From: Mobula hypostoma
Lineage: Eukaryota
NCBI RefSeq assembly: GCF_963921235.1
Contig: NC_086104.1
Location: forward strand, 12,710,001-12,774,000
Direction: 5' to 3'
Length of the DNA stretch: 64,000 nucleotides
Shown: in pieces, positions 25,901 to 39,470 of the stretch
How positions within the stretch are numbered: the stretch's first letter is position 1
Layout: each line of letters begins with the position of its first letter
Program-made: the position numbers and the translations under genes
Notes under the pieces: generated by a model
Told to the model about the DNA's origin: nothing
Database searches by the model: none
What the model saw: the letters and a program-made list of their open reading frames with translations, nothing else

Positions 25901-26717
25901 TGATGAAGAAGTGGGCTGAGAAGTGGCAGATGGAGTTCAGCCCGGAGAAGTGAGGTGGTACACTTTAGAAGGACAAATTCCAAGGCAGAGTACAAAGTAA
26001 ATGGCAGGATACTTAGTAGTGTGAAGGAGCAGAGGGATCTGGGGGTACATGTCCACAGATCCCTGAAAGTTGCCTCACAGTTAGATAGGATAGTTAAGAA
26101 AGCTTATGGGTTGTTAGCTTTCATAAGTCAAGGGACAGAGTTTAAGAATCGCAATGTAATGATGCAGCTCTATAAAACTCTGTTTCAATCACAATTGTAG
26201 TACTGTGTCCAGTTCTGGCTGCCTCACTATAGGAAGGATATGGAAGCATTGGAAAGGGTACAGAGGAGGTTTACCAGGATGCTGCCTGGTTTAGAAAGTA
26301 TGCATTATGATCAGAGATTAAGGGAGCTAGGGCTTTACTCTTTGGAGAGAAGGAGGATGAGAGGAGACATGATAGAGGTGTACAAGATAATAAGAGGAAT
26401 AGATAAAGTGGATAGCCAGTGCTTCTTCCCCAGGGCACCACTGCTCAATCCAAGGGGACATGGCTTTAAGGTAAGGGATAGGAAGTTCAAGGGGGATACT
26501 GGAGTAAAGTTTTTTACTCAGAGAGTGGTTGGTGCGTGGAATACACTGCCTGAGTCAGTGGTGGAGGCAGATACACTAGTGAAATTTAAGAGACTACTAG
26601 ACAGGTATATGGAGGAATTTAAGGTGAGGGGTTATATGGGAGGCAGGGATTGAGGGTCGGCACAACATTGTGGGCCAAAGGGCCTGTACTGTGCTGTACT
26701 TTTCTATGTTCTATGTT
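22925..26717 (+). mobile_element. Near full-length CR1 LINE (SGNH-esterase ORF1 plus EN-RT ORF2), frameshifted
   Basis: ORF1 has IGDSIVRG, HVGTND, DGLHLN; ORF2 has [35 protein letters not shown]; (TTCTATG)n tail. Confidence 0.92.
24229..24273 (-). mobile_element. 45-bp terminal stub of the (TATGAC)n Rex1-like LINE
   Basis: Matches the 3' ends at 16352-16394 and 33601-33645; TSD AAAATA at 24223-24228 / 24274-24279. Confidence 0.8.
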
Positions 26718-26789
26718 TTATCATCCAAAGAACTGAAGTGAACAACAACATTCTCAACCATTCCGAGCGTAGAGGAGATATTGTTATTT

Positions 26790-27900
26790 GTCCATGCTGA
26801 CTGGGATTTGCAAGCGAGGAAATCAAGGATCAAATTGCACAAAAGATTCAGGACCACCTGTAGTCAATAGTCAGCTCTTTGATTTTGGTGCATTGAGTGA
26901 GAAGTTGTTGTGGCTCCATTCAGCCAGAATCTCAATCTCCCTCCTATATGCTGATTCATCACCACCTTTGATTTGGCCCTCAACAGTGGTATCATCACCA
27001 AATGTAAATCTGGCATTGGAGTGTATTTAACCCCAGTCAAAAGTATAAAATGAGTAGAGCAGGGGGCTAAGCACACAGCCTTGTGGTGCACCTGTGATGA
27101 TGAAGATTATGGAAGAGATGTTTTTGCCGATCCGTACTGACTAGGGTCTGCAAGTGTAGAAATCAAGGATCCAATTAGAAGTGTTGAAACCTAGGTCTTG
27201 GAGCTTATTGATTAGTTTTGAGGGGATGATACAGTTAAATGCTGAGCCGTGGTCAATGAAGAGTATCCCAATGTGTGCACCTTTGCTGTCTAGATGTTCC
27301 AAAGCTGAGTGAAGTGCTAATGAAATGGCATCTGCTTTTGACCTGTTGCTCCTGTAGGCAAACAGGAGCGGATCCAAGTCACTTCTCAGGGAGGAGTAGA
27401 TACATTTCATTACCAATCTCTCAAAACCCTTCATCAGAGTGAATGTAAGTGCTATTGGATGATAGTCATGGAGGCAAGTTGCCACGTTCTTCTTGTCTGA
27501 TTGAACCTTGTAGATACCTCAGACTACCAAAGTGAAAGGTTAAAGTTGTCACTAAATGACAGCCAGTAAATGAGCAACGTGTTCAGTACTCTGCCAGATA
27601 CACCATAAGAGCCAGATACTCTCTGTGAGTTCACCCTCCTGAAGGATGCACTGGGACTGAAATAGCAGGGTCATCGGTAGCAGTGGGAGTTTGTGAAGGT
27701 GCCTCCATGTTCTGATGGTCAAAGTGTCCTTAAAAGGCACTGAGCTCATCTGGGAGAGAAACCTTGTTGTCACTCATGTTGCTTAATATCACTTTAGAGG
27801 AGATGTAGACATTCAAGCCCTGACACAGCTGTTGAGCATCCTTCCATGATTCAGGTATGGTCCAGAATTGTCAATTCACATCTGAAATAATTTTACAGAG
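26790..27900 (-). mobile_element. Degraded Rex1/Babar-like RT fragments
   Basis: DYHPIALT, LDPLLFAYR, LFIDHGSAFN. Confidence 0.7.
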
Positions 27901-27915
27901 GTCATAGACCATAGG

Positions 27916-28662
27916 TGTAATGCCCTGGTTAAGATTCTACTGCTAATGCTGTGGGGCATTTCATTTAGTAGCTTTCTGTAAAGCAGTGTGTCCTGCTGGT
28001 AAAATGATTTGGTTTCGGCTAAAGATAAGGGCTATGATGTTCCACTTAGGAATGTTGTGTCAGCCAGTTGGGCGAAGAGAGATTTGTGACAAACACTGGT
28101 GGGGTTCATGATCTTTCGGCAAGAGATGTGGAGAAGAGAAGATTGGGAGAGACTGCCATGGGATTCAATTCGACAGGAAGATGCAATTGCAAGGAATGCT
28201 TTGCAAGATGAAGGAGTCCAGGATGGGAAACTCTACCAGTGATTGGTAATAACAATTCAGCACCGTGAGTAATGGTTATACCAAGCTTTTGGAAGTTACA
28301 AGTTCCAATGAAATGTGCACATTTAGATTGGATTAACTGTAATAAACCTATAACTTTTATTTTTTTTTCTTTTCTTCCTTTTAATAACTGCTGAAGTAAG
28401 TAAATATACTTTTATGGGGGTGTATGATCTGTTATTTCTTGCTGACTAATAACTGTGAATAAACAGTATTTACACAGTATTCACTCAAATCGAGGCTCCA
28501 TTGATCAGAACAGCCCAACTTTTCTGTTTGGTTGAACCCCAAATCATACTGACCCTAGATGTATATTGTGTATGAAAGGTGGCCTTCTCATTGCTGAGTA
28601 ATGAAGCTTTTAGCAGAGCTAGAATGAGCAAGTTTGTATACGAGCCCAGTGAGGGGGTTACC
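27916..28662. mobile_element. Probable solo LTR
   Basis: TGTAA...GGGGTTAC(C) termini; TAGG/TAAG flanks; interrupts a CR1 3' tail. Confidence 0.55.
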
Positions 28663-28894
28663 TAAGACAATAGAGACAGACTTAAGCTATTTGGCCCATC
28701 TAGTCTGCTCTGCCATTCCACCATGACTGGTTTATTATCTGTCCCAACCCCATTCTCCCATAACCTTTGATACACTTACTATAGACACTATCAACCTTCA
28801 CTTTAAATATACTCAATGACTTGGCCTGCACAACTGTCTATGGCAGTGAATTCCTCATATTCGCCGCCAACTGGCTGAACAAATTCTTCCTCAC

Positions 28895-29004
28895 AACACA
28901 CATCAAAGTTGCTGGTGTACGCAGCAGGCCAGGCAGCATCTCTAGGAAGAGGTACAGTCGACGTTTCAGGCCGAGACCCTTCGTCAGGATTGTTTGCGTT
29001 TTTA
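28895..29004 (-). mobile_element. Mini PLE insertion carrying a hammerhead (28956-28990)
   Basis: 14-bp TSD AAATTCTTCCTCAC at 28881-28894 / 29005-29018; core CTGACGA...GAAACGTC. Confidence 0.8.
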
Positions 29005-31562
29005 AAATTCTTCCTCACCTCTGTTCTAAGGAGACTTCTGTGTATTCTGAGTCTTGTGTTCTCTGGTGCTAGACACCACACTTTTGGAAACATCCTCTAC
29101 AAATTAGCTCTATCTAAGGCTTTCAATATTCAGTAGGTTTCAATGAGATCCCCCTCAATCTTCTGAACAATAAATACAGGCCCAGATTCGGCGAATGCTC
29201 CACGTACTTAAACCCTTTCATTCCTGGGATCATTCTCATGATCATCTCTGGACCCTCCTCAATTCCTCTCCACCTAGGTTTTTTCTTGGATAAGGGGCCC
29301 AAAACTCTTCACAACACTCTAAGTGTAATTTGACCAAAGCCTTATAAAGCCTCAGCAATACATCCTCGCTTTTGTATTCTAGTTCTCTTGAAATAAATGC
29401 TGATATCAGAATCAAGTTTAATATCACAGGCGTGTCATGAAATTCATTGTTTTGCAGCTGCAGTACTTTACAATACATTTTTAAAAAGCTATAAATTACA
29501 ATAAGAAGTATATATCAAGATGATACTGGCATACATCAGCAACTCTCTGTGGGCTGTAGAAAACTGTACCAGTTTTCCTCTTAAATATACTCCCTTTGAA
29601 TTACTTTCGCTGCAATCAGCAGCAGGTAAATTTCCTCTTAACGACAGACTATGAAATTACATCAGTGATCTTCAGTTCTCACAATCGATGGTTGAATGCG
29701 AGGCAGTTATGCATGGCACCTTTAAGGATCAATGTCATAGCCAAAAACACTACAGGAGAGGAGGAATTCAAACCAGGCTGAAGCATACAGAGATGAGGTC
29801 TCCTCTACCCAGCATCTTGTCGGTGAATGTGCAGCTGCTGGAAATTAAGATTTATGATCTCAGGGCAAGACTGATGAATCAAAAGCAGATGGGCAGATCT
29901 CAATTGTTTGTTGCACCGAGACTTGGTTCTCAGAACCGATGGTCCCACTTTAGGGACTCGTTATCTTGTTATTTCATACTCGTTATTTATTGCTATTTAT
30001 TTATATTTGCATTCGCACAAGTTGTTGTTGATTGATTCTGTTGCTGTTCTATAAATTTGCTAAGCATTCCCACAAGAAAAAGAATATCAGGGTTATGTGT
30101 GGTGATGCGTATGTATTCTGATAATAAAACATTTTGGAATTTTGTTTAAATAAAAAGAAAGTGAAAATATTTGTGTAGTGCAAAAAGTGAAGGGAATAAT
30201 AGTGAGGCAGTGTTCATAGGTTCATTGTTCATTCACAAATCTGCTGGCAAAGGGGAAGAAGCTGTTTCTGAAACATTACCCCTCGTAGTCATGATCAGTG
30301 AAGCACAGGGAGAGTCTGTAATGCCAGTCAGTACCTTTATTGTCTCAATGGAAGAACATGTGAACTTACACAACTGAATTCATGTCTGCACACCAACTAA
30401 GTTTTCCTGACCATTCACGAACAGTCAAAGAATAGAAAAGATATTACCTGTTAAAAAGGAGTTTCTGCTGCTGGCCACATGTTCCTCATAGTCCCGTTTC
30501 GAAGCTCCACATGTCCGTGGGGTTCTCCTCATCTGCGATCATTGTTCCCTTACTGTGTTACCTCTGCTATGGATTTGGAGCTCCTGACTCTTATTGTGAT
30601 CCTCATCAGTTGAACTGATGGATCTCCAGCCCATTGGCTCAAGGTCACCTGGCCTATCTGGGTCACCTTCTAAATGGCTCTAGTCCAGGGCTAAAATCAA
30701 CGCTGTTCTATATTTTGCCCCTCTGCCCCCAGCCTTGTGTAGATGTTCCTTTCAAATTCGACTGGTCCAAGTTAGTCAAACTAGGGGACCCATACACTGA
30801 GTCTAACATTATAGATTGCTTCTTTTGTAGGTGTGGCACTTTACATAACAAATAGCTACTCATCTGAGAATGGTCTCTGGTTTAGCACGTCATGGCTTGA
30901 AGCTCCTTGTGTGCACATTCAATTGCTCTGATCAGATTATCCCAGAGGACAAATCAGAGTCCACAAAATGGGGGAAAACCATGCTGACTTTGACTTATTT
31001 TATCACGAGTCTCCAAGTACCCTGAAACCTCATCCTTAATAATAGACTCCAACGCTTTCCCAACCACTGAGGTTAGGTTAATTGGCTCTATAATTTCCTC
31101 TCTTTGTAGTCCATCTGGTCCAGGTGACATCCACCTTAAGACCTTTCAGTCTCCCTCACATTCTCTCCTTTATAATAGCAATGGCACTCACTCCTGCTCC
31201 TTGACACTCACAGACCTCTGGCACACTGCTAGCGTCTTCCACAGTGAAGACAAATGCAAAGTATCCATTAAGCTTATCTGCCATTTCTTTGTCCCCCATT
31301 ACTACCTCAGCAGCATCATTTCCAGTGGTCCAATATCAACTCTCACCTCCTTTTTACTCTTTATGTAACTGAAAAATCTTCTAGTATCCTGCTTTATATT
31401 ATTGGCAAGTTTGACCTCATGTTTCATCTTTTCCCTTCTTATAGCTTTTCCAGTCGCCTTTTGTTGAATTTTAAAAGCTTCCCAATCATGCACTCACTTT
31501 TGCTACCTTGTAGGCCCTTCCCTTGGATTTTATGTAGTCCCTGCATCAGCCAGTTGTCTACT

Positions 31563-32574
31563 TGTCACAATGGGGTGCTGGGAATGGACCCAAATGCAAG
31601 ACACAGACACTGAAGTTCAAGGAACAGGACTTGACTAGGGTAGGGACGTGACAGGATACAGGCCAGGAGCAGGGACAAGAATGCAGACTCGGGCTAAGGA
31701 AAGCAGGACCAGGACTAGAAGCCATGGACTAGGAGACAAGGCTTCGACTCTGAGCCCGAGATTGGACAAGGACCCAGAACCTGGGTCTTGCCTCGGGCTC
31801 AGCTACCCCAGAACCAGGCAAGGACATGACATGGCTTCAATTCAGGACGTGGCTGGGGTCTAGAAGCCTGAGCTTGGAGACAGGCTGGGGTCTTTGCTCT
31901 TGAGGCTTGTGTTCTTGGAGCTTGGCTTGGGATCTTCGAGGCCTGTGTTCTTGGAGCTTGGCTTGGGATCTTCGAGGCCTGTGTTCTTGAAGCTTGGCTT
32001 GGGATCTTCGAGGCCTGTGTTCTTGGAGCTTGGCTTGGGATCTTCGAGGCTTGTATTCTTGGAGCTTCTCCTGGGCAAGACGCAGAACTTCACCCCACAG
32101 AGGCAAAGACAGGGAGGGACAGAACCAACCGCAGGGTAACAGCAATTACAGCCTGGCTTACCCAACAGAGGCAAGGACAGGAGAGAAGCTCAGTCCAGGG
32201 TGGCTCTGAGTCTCAGGGCAGCCAGCAACCTTGGCTGGCTACAGAAATGGCCTAATCCATACCACGATGACTGCTCCAATGAGTAGCAACAAGGCTCCAT
32301 GAAGCAGTGGCCCTCCAACCAGGCCTAGAGATCACAAATGGTTTCACTAGTCTTCCATCAGCAGGTTGCTCCAAGGGGGGGCGGGGGGGGCTGATAAGAC
32401 AAACCAGCAGCCCACACTCAACCCCAAGGCTACTTATATTCTGAGCCCCAAGATGGGAATTAGGTGCCTATGATTAATTCAATCAAACCAAGGGACAGCT
32501 GGAAGACCCGGAGTCCTGAGTCCACGGACCAGATTGTGAACCGGAATGTGGACTTTACGGACCAGACCATAACA
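31563..32574. mobile_element. Solo LTR (1012 bp) with 5-bp TSD
   Basis: TGTCA...TAACA termini; TSD CTACT at 31558-31562 / 32575-32579. Confidence 0.85.
31902..32067. repeat. 36-bp tandem repeat, about 4.6 copies
   Basis: Unit gaggcctgtgttcttggagcttggcttgggatcttc. Confidence 0.95.
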
Positions 32575-33600
32575 CTACTCCTGTTGTTGAAGACCAACTT
32601 CTTCTCTGGACATATCCAGTCTGTGCCTTGCGAACTATTCCCAGAAACTTAGCCACCTCAGCTCTGCTGTCATCTTCACAAGTGTCCTCCTCCAATCCAC
32701 CTGGGCGAGCTCCTATCTCATGCTTCTGTAATTCCCTGGATTCCATTGCGATACTGATATATGTGAGTTATATTTCTCCCTCTCAAATTGCAGCATGAAT
32801 TCAATCATATTATTATCACTGCCTCTTAAGGGTTCCTTTACATTAAGCTCCCTAATAAGATCTGGGTTATTACACAATACCCAATCTAATATAGCCTTTC
32901 CCCGATTAAGCTCAAGCACAAGCTGCTCTTAAAAACCACCTCGTAGGCATTCAACAAATTCCCTCTCTTGTGACTCGACACCAACCTGATGTTCCCAATC
33001 CCCTTGCATATTGAATTCCCCCATTACAATTGTGCCATTACCCCTTATACTTGTCTTTTTCAGCTCCCTATGCAATCTCAGCCCCACATCTTGGTGACTA
33101 TTTGGAGGCCTAGTACATGTGATTCCCATAATGTGGTTTTTTTTTTTACCTTCGCAGTTTCTTAACTCCACTCACAAAGATTCAGCGTTCTCTGACCCTA
33201 TGTCACCTCTTTCTGAACATGTAATACCATCTCTTACCAACACCACCACCTCTGCCTTCCTGCCTGTCCTTTCGATACAAAGTATATCCTTTTATGTTAA
33301 GTTTACAACTATTGTCTTCTTTCAGCCATGACTCAGTGATGCCCACAATGTCATACCGCCCAATCTCCAATTGTGCCACAAGTTTCATAAGGGCAGTGTG
33401 GGTGAGATGGAATTCAGCTACGTGCATTTAAATACAGCACCTTCAGTCCTGCATTATTCACCCTTTTGAATTTTGCCTGTGTGGTACAATTTAACTCTTT
33501 GCTCTGTCAGCATTTGTACCCAGTCATTGGCTTGTCCTTCCTTACGTTCACGTTACACCAACCATCTACTTGTAAACCTGCTGGCTCATCCTCAGCTCTA

Positions 33601-36600
33601 TCATAGTCATAGTCATACTTTATTGATCCCGGGGGAAATTGGTTTTCATTACAGTTGCACCATAAATAATAAATAGTAATAGAACCATAAATAGTAAAAT
33701 AGTAATATGTAAATTATGCCAGTAAATTATGAAATAAGCCCAGGACCAGCCTATCGGCACAGGGTGTCTGACCCTCCAAGGGAGGAGTTGTAAAGTTTGA
33801 TGGCCACAGGCAGGAATGACTTCCTATGACGCTCTGTGTTGCACCTTGGTGGAATGAGTCTCTGGCTGAATGTACTCCTGTGCCCAACCAGTACATTATG
33901 TAGTGGATGGGAGACATTGTCCAAGATGGCATGCAACTTGGACAGCAACTTCTTTTCAGACACCACTGTCAGAGAGTCCAGTTCCATCCCCACAACATCA
34001 TTGGCCTTACAAATGAGTTTGTTGATTCTGTTGGTGTCTGCTACCCTCAGCCTGCTGCCCCAGCACACAACAGCAAACATGATAGCACTGGCCACCACAG
34101 ACTCGTAGAACATCCTCAGCATCGTCCAGCAGATGTTAAAGGACCTCAGTCTCCTCAGGAAATAGGGATGGCTCTGTCCCTTCTTGTAGACAGCCTCAGT
34201 GTTCTTTGACCAGTCCAGTTTATTGTCAATGCGTATCCCCAGGTATTTGTAATCCTCCACCATGTCCACACTGACCCCCTGGATTGAAACAGGGGTCACC
34301 AGTACCTTAGCTCTCCTCAGGTCTACCACCAGCTCCTTAGTCTTTTTCACATTAAGCTGCAGATAATTCTGCTCACACCATGTGACAAAGTTTCCTACCA
34401 TAGCCCTGTACGCAGCCTCACCTCCCTTGCTGATGCATCCAACTATGGCAGAGTCATCCCAAAACTTCTGAAGATGACAAGACTCTGTGCGATGTTGAAG
34501 TCTGAGGTGTAAATGGTGAAGAGAAAGGGAGACAAGACAGTCCCCTGTGGAGCCCCAGTGCTGCTGATCACTCTGTCGCACACACAGTGTTGCAAGCACA
34601 CGTACTGTGGTCTGCCAGTCAGGTAATCAAGAATCCATGACACCAGGGAAGCATCCACCTGCATCGCTGTCAGCTTCTCCCCCAGCAGAGCAGGGCGGAT
34701 GGTGTTGAACGCACTGGAGAAGTCAAAACACATGACCCTCACAGTGCTCGCTGGCTTGTCCAGGTGGGCGTAGACATGGTTCAGCAGGTAGACGATGGCA
34801 TCCTCAACTCCTAGTCGGGCCTGGTAGGCGAACTGGAGGGGATCTAAGTGTGGCCTGACCATAGGCCGGAGCAGCTCCAGAACAAGTCTCTCCAGGGTCT
34901 TCATGATGTGGGAGGTCAATGCCACCAGTCTGTAGTCACTGAGGCCCCTGGGGCGCGACGTCTTCGGCACAGGGACGAGGCAGGACGTCTTCCACATTAC
35001 AGGAGCCCTCCGGAGCCTCAGGCTCAGGTTGAATACATGGCGAAGTACTCCACATAGCTGAGGGGCACAGGCTTTGAGCACGCTGGTACTGACATCATCC
35101 GGTCCTGCAGCCTTGCTTGGGTTGAGACGTTTCAACTGTCTTCTTACCTGTTCAGCTGTGAAGCCCACCGTGGTGGTTTCGTGTGGGGAAGGGGTATAGT
35201 GATGACAGCAGGGTGGGGGACTGTGAGGAGGGGTAGGAGGGGAGAGTGGAATATGTGTTGGTTGGGGGCCGACAGCAGATGGCTCATGTGGGGGATGGGC
35301 AGGGGCCACAATGTCGAATCTGTTAAAGAACAGGTTAAGTTCAGGAACCCAGTGATGGTCCTCATGCCCCTCCAGACCTCTCTCATCTTGTTCTGCTGGA
35401 GTTTCCACTCAAGCTTCCTCCTGTACCTGTCTTTAGCCTCCCTGATCCTGGCTTTCAGGTCCCTCTGTATTGCTCTCAGCTCCTCCCTATTTCCATCTCG
35501 AAACGCCCTCTTTTTAGCGTTCAGGATGTCCTTAATGTCCTTTGTCATCCATGGCTTGTTATTTGAATAACAAAGGACAGTTCTTGTCGGAACATTGCAG
35601 TCCACACAGAAGTTGGTGTAATCAGTGATGCACTCTGTGAGCCCATCAATATCCTCTCCATGTGGCTCACAGAGTGCCTGCCAGTCTGTCACCTCAAAAC
35701 AACCCGGGAGCGCCTCATAAGGCCTTGGTGAGACCACACCTGGAGTATTGTGTGCAGTTTTGGTCCCCTAATCTGAGGAAAGACATCTTTGCCATAGAGG
35801 GAGTACAAAGAAGGTTCACCAGATTGATTCCTGGGATGGCAGGTCTTTCATATGAAGAAAGACTGGATGAACTGGGCTTGTACTCGTTGGAATTTAGAAG
35901 ATTGAGGGGGGATCTGATTGAAACGTATAAGATCCTAAAGGGATTGGACAGGCTAGATGCAGGAAGATTGTTCCCGATGTTGGGGAGGTCTAGAACGAGG
36001 GGTCACAGTTTGAGGATAGAGGGGAAGCCTTTTAGGACCGAGGTTAGGAAAAACTTCTTCACACAGAGAGTGGTGAATCTGTGGAATTCTCTGCCACAGC
36101 AAACTGTTGAGGCCAGTTCATTAGCTATGTTTAAAAGGAAGTTAGATATGGCCCTTGTGGCTACAGGGGTCAGGGGGTATGGAGGGAAGGCTGGGTTCTG
36201 AGTTGGATGATCAGCCATGATCATAATAAATGGCGGTGCAGGCTCGAAGGACTGAATGGCCTACTCCTGCACCTATTTTCTATGTTTCTATGTTTCTATA
36301 AGCCTCCTCCGACCATTTCCTCACTGTCCTCGAGGTTGCTGGTTTACTCTTCACCAGAGGCACGTAGCAGGGTTTTAGATGCACCAGGTTGTGATCTGAC
36401 CTTCCCAGTGGGGGGAGGGGAGAGGAGCTGTATGCATCCTTAACGTTAGCGTACATCAAATCCAGAGTCCTCTCCCCTCTGGTTGTACAGCTCACATACT
36501 GTATGAAGTTGGGCAGTGTTCTAGCCATGGTTGAAGTCACCCGAGATGGTAATGAGGGCACTCGGGTGTTGGGTTCGTAATCTGGCTATGACGGTGTAAA

Positions 36601-36670
36601 TGATGTTACACGCCGATGTCGGGTTGGCAGAGGGAGGGATGTACACAACAACCACAGTTGCATGCGAGAT
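33601..36670 (-). mobile_element. Long Rex1/Babar-like LINE (EN-RT), frameshifted
   Basis: TLDL, GRSDH, KAAGPD, LQFAYQ, DFSSAFNT, GAPQGTVLSP, KFWDD; (TATGAC)n tail. Confidence 0.9.
35722..36297 (+). mobile_element. CR1 3' fragment inserted in the Rex1-like element
   Basis: Uninterrupted CR1 C-terminal frame; (TATGTTTC)n tail; ATAAG on both sides. Confidence 0.9.
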
Positions 36671-37869
36671 TCCCATCCCCCTGCCATATTAGTTTAAGCC
36701 ACTCCCAACAGCTCTAGTAAACCTGCCCACAAGAATTTTTGTCCCCAATATTGGTCCGTAGTTCCTCTTGACCAACAGTACTGTATATAGGATCAGGTCA
36801 GGCAAGCAAGGACTTCCTTGCTTGGAGCACAGGAGACTGATGGGTGACATTATTGAGCTGTAGATAAGGTGTATGCGTAGTCTTTTTTCCCCCAGGGTAA
36901 TGGATTGAGAAACTAGGGGACATAATTTTAAGGTGAGAGGGGAAAGATTTAAATAGGACCTCAAGAACAGCTTACTGACACAAACACATGGAACAAGCTG
37001 CCAGAGAAAATGGTTGAGGCAGACACAATAAAAGCATTTAAATGATTTTGGAGAAGTACATAGGAAAGATTTGGGATATGGGTCAAATTCAGGCAATGGG
37101 AAATGGGACGAGGTTAGATGGGAGTTTTGGCCTGCATGGAGGAGATGGGCTAAAGGGCCTGTTTCTGTTCTATATTACTGAACAACTCTGTCTCTTGTTA
37201 CCAAGCTATGTTTTGGGTTCTGTGGCATTAACATTTTGGATCAGTCTTCTATGTGAATCTTACTGAATTCCATCTGAACCACACAACCCACACTGCCCTT
37301 ATCAATCTATTTGGTAATCTCTTCAAATAATTATCTCAATTAAATTAGTCAGATGGGTCTCCTACTAACCTCTCCGTACTGACCATCACTGATCCATCCC
37401 TCCCATTCCAAGTACAAATTATCTTTATAGCAATTTCCCCACTATAATTTGAAAATTGCTGACTTATAATTCTCTGTCTTGTCCCTATTACGGTTCTGGA
37501 ATGAAGATCCCACAAATGCTGTCCACCAGTCAGCTGACACCTTACCTGTGACCAGGGAAGGTTTAAATCAAAGACTCTTCTCAGACCCGACCCACCCACC
37601 GCCTCACAGAAAGAGCAGATCTGGTGTCACTGACCCGAAATGTTAACTCTCTATTTCCCAAATGTGCAATTAAACTTAAAACAAACGGATGGACGAAGTA
37701 ACTTTATGCCAATTACGCCACGGGACTGAAACCGCTGAGAACACAAACCAGAGAAAATCTGCAGACGTTGGAAATACGAGCAACACCAACTGGGCGGCAC
37801 CGGATCATGAATAGTGCGGTTGCTACGTTACTGTCTGGGGATTAAATTCCAACCCTTGTGGCGAGCGCA

Positions 37870-38040
37870 CTAACCCCATGAGAGAGCTACCTTATTCACC
37901 AACGAACAGAGGGCAGCAAGGAAAGCGCGGAAAGAAACTGTCAGTTAGTTCCCCGGATGACGAAAATTTGAAAAGCCCGCCGAAAAAGTTGGCTATAGTT
38001 CCGTAGTCAGCGAAAACATACGGTGACTCATTAATTCGCT
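37870..38040 (-). promoter_or_regulatory. Orphan H2A-promoter homologue
   Basis: GGCGGGCTTTTCAAATTT...TTTCCGCGCTT...TTGCTG...TTGGTGAATAA is collinear with 6533-6640. Confidence 0.6.
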
Positions 38041-38345
38041 CAATATTTATTTCACAGTAACAGGCCAAGTTTTATTTAGATCACGTTTGAATGTTCCTGG
38101 TCATTAACGCTTCCAAAAGCCGATTCAGGCTGTATTCGCGGCTGATTTGTATAAATTTAATCAGGCTATGCACTGTTCTCTCTTTTTAAACTGCGGTCTA
38201 AAGCGAAATTATAAGGAGAGAAAAAAATAGTTAATACTGTATGTGAAAGGACGTAATACCTGCAGCTGCAAACTGTTGTGTCTCCGTGAACCTACCATGG
38301 ATTCGAATAGTTACTAAATGGAAGACTGCATTTATTAAAGCATCA

Positions 38346-38495
38346 GACACAAAATACTGAAGGAACTCAGCAAGCCAGGCCGCATCTAGAGAAAGGAGTG
38401 AACAGTCGACATTTCAGGCCGAAACCTTCCATCAGAACTCTCCCATAGATGCTCCTGGCCTGCTGAGTTCCTCCAGCATTTTGTGTTGCTTGGAT
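38346..38495. mobile_element. PLE terminal-repeat fragment with short inverted structure and decayed hammerhead (38404-38439, - strand)
   Basis: acacaaaatactgaaggaactcagca...tgctgagttcctccagcattttgtgt form inverted ends. Confidence 0.65.
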
Positions 38496-38708
38496 TTATG
38501 AAAATCCGATTTTCTTAACAGTAACAACCACAAATATCGGGAAACCTCACCCGCAGCAGCCAGCTGTAAGGCAGGGTATGGGACAGAGATGCCCTGAGAA
38601 GTTAATAATGGCCGATTCTCGGGGTCAACCGTTTGTAGTTTGTAAGCAATTCAGGGATCTCTCGGTAAACACAGCCAACCGAGGGGAATGTAAGTAAATA
38701 GAATGAGA

Positions 38709-38748
38709 CAGCCCTTTATCTGCCTAGTTAGTGGCTCTTAAAAGAGCC
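38709..38748 (-). terminator. Histone stem-loop plus HDE (H3)
   Basis: GGCTCTTTTAAGAGCC at 38733-38748 (-); AAAGGGCTG at 38709-38717. Confidence 0.95.
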
Positions 38749-38778
38749 TTTTTGTTGTGCTTTGTGCCGAGGTCGGGT

Positions 38779-39195
<417 letters not shown>

Positions 39196-39249
39196 TCAGA
39201 AACCTGTTCGCAGTCCCAAATAGGAGTGTCGGAGCATAACCCGGGACCG

Positions 39250-39470
39250 CCTTTTAAAAGGGTTGAGAAGAGCCGCCCACATCCTTATTGGTGGGATAGG
39301 AGATGTCCATTATCGGATCCCAGCGCTGCGATTGGCTGTTTTTCTTCCATCAGTTTGAAAGCTGGGGGATGGTGGGGAATGTTACCTGTGACCAAATATG
39401 GAAACTGGAGCCTGAGGGTCAGAATTCAGCCAATCCCACCAGAGGGTTCAATTTCAAATCGCCCGCCAAT
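39250..39470 (-). promoter_or_regulatory. H3 promoter
   Basis: TTTTAAAA at 39252-39259; CCAAT at 39287-39291 and 39331-39335; GGCGG-N4-TTTGAA at 39451-39470. Confidence 0.7.

Larger units (their letters stand above)
30975..33600 (-). mobile_element. Degraded CR1 (EN/linker), interrupted by a solo LTR; continues at 36671-36760
   Basis: YDIVGITESWL, MGEFN, ILDWVLCN, RGSDNN. Confidence 0.75.

Noticed and set aside
31837-32209. Repetitive proteins (HRPRRSQAKLQE)n or a CRISPR-like array
   Set aside because: A simple 36-bp tandem repeat with no unique spacers, inside an LTR.
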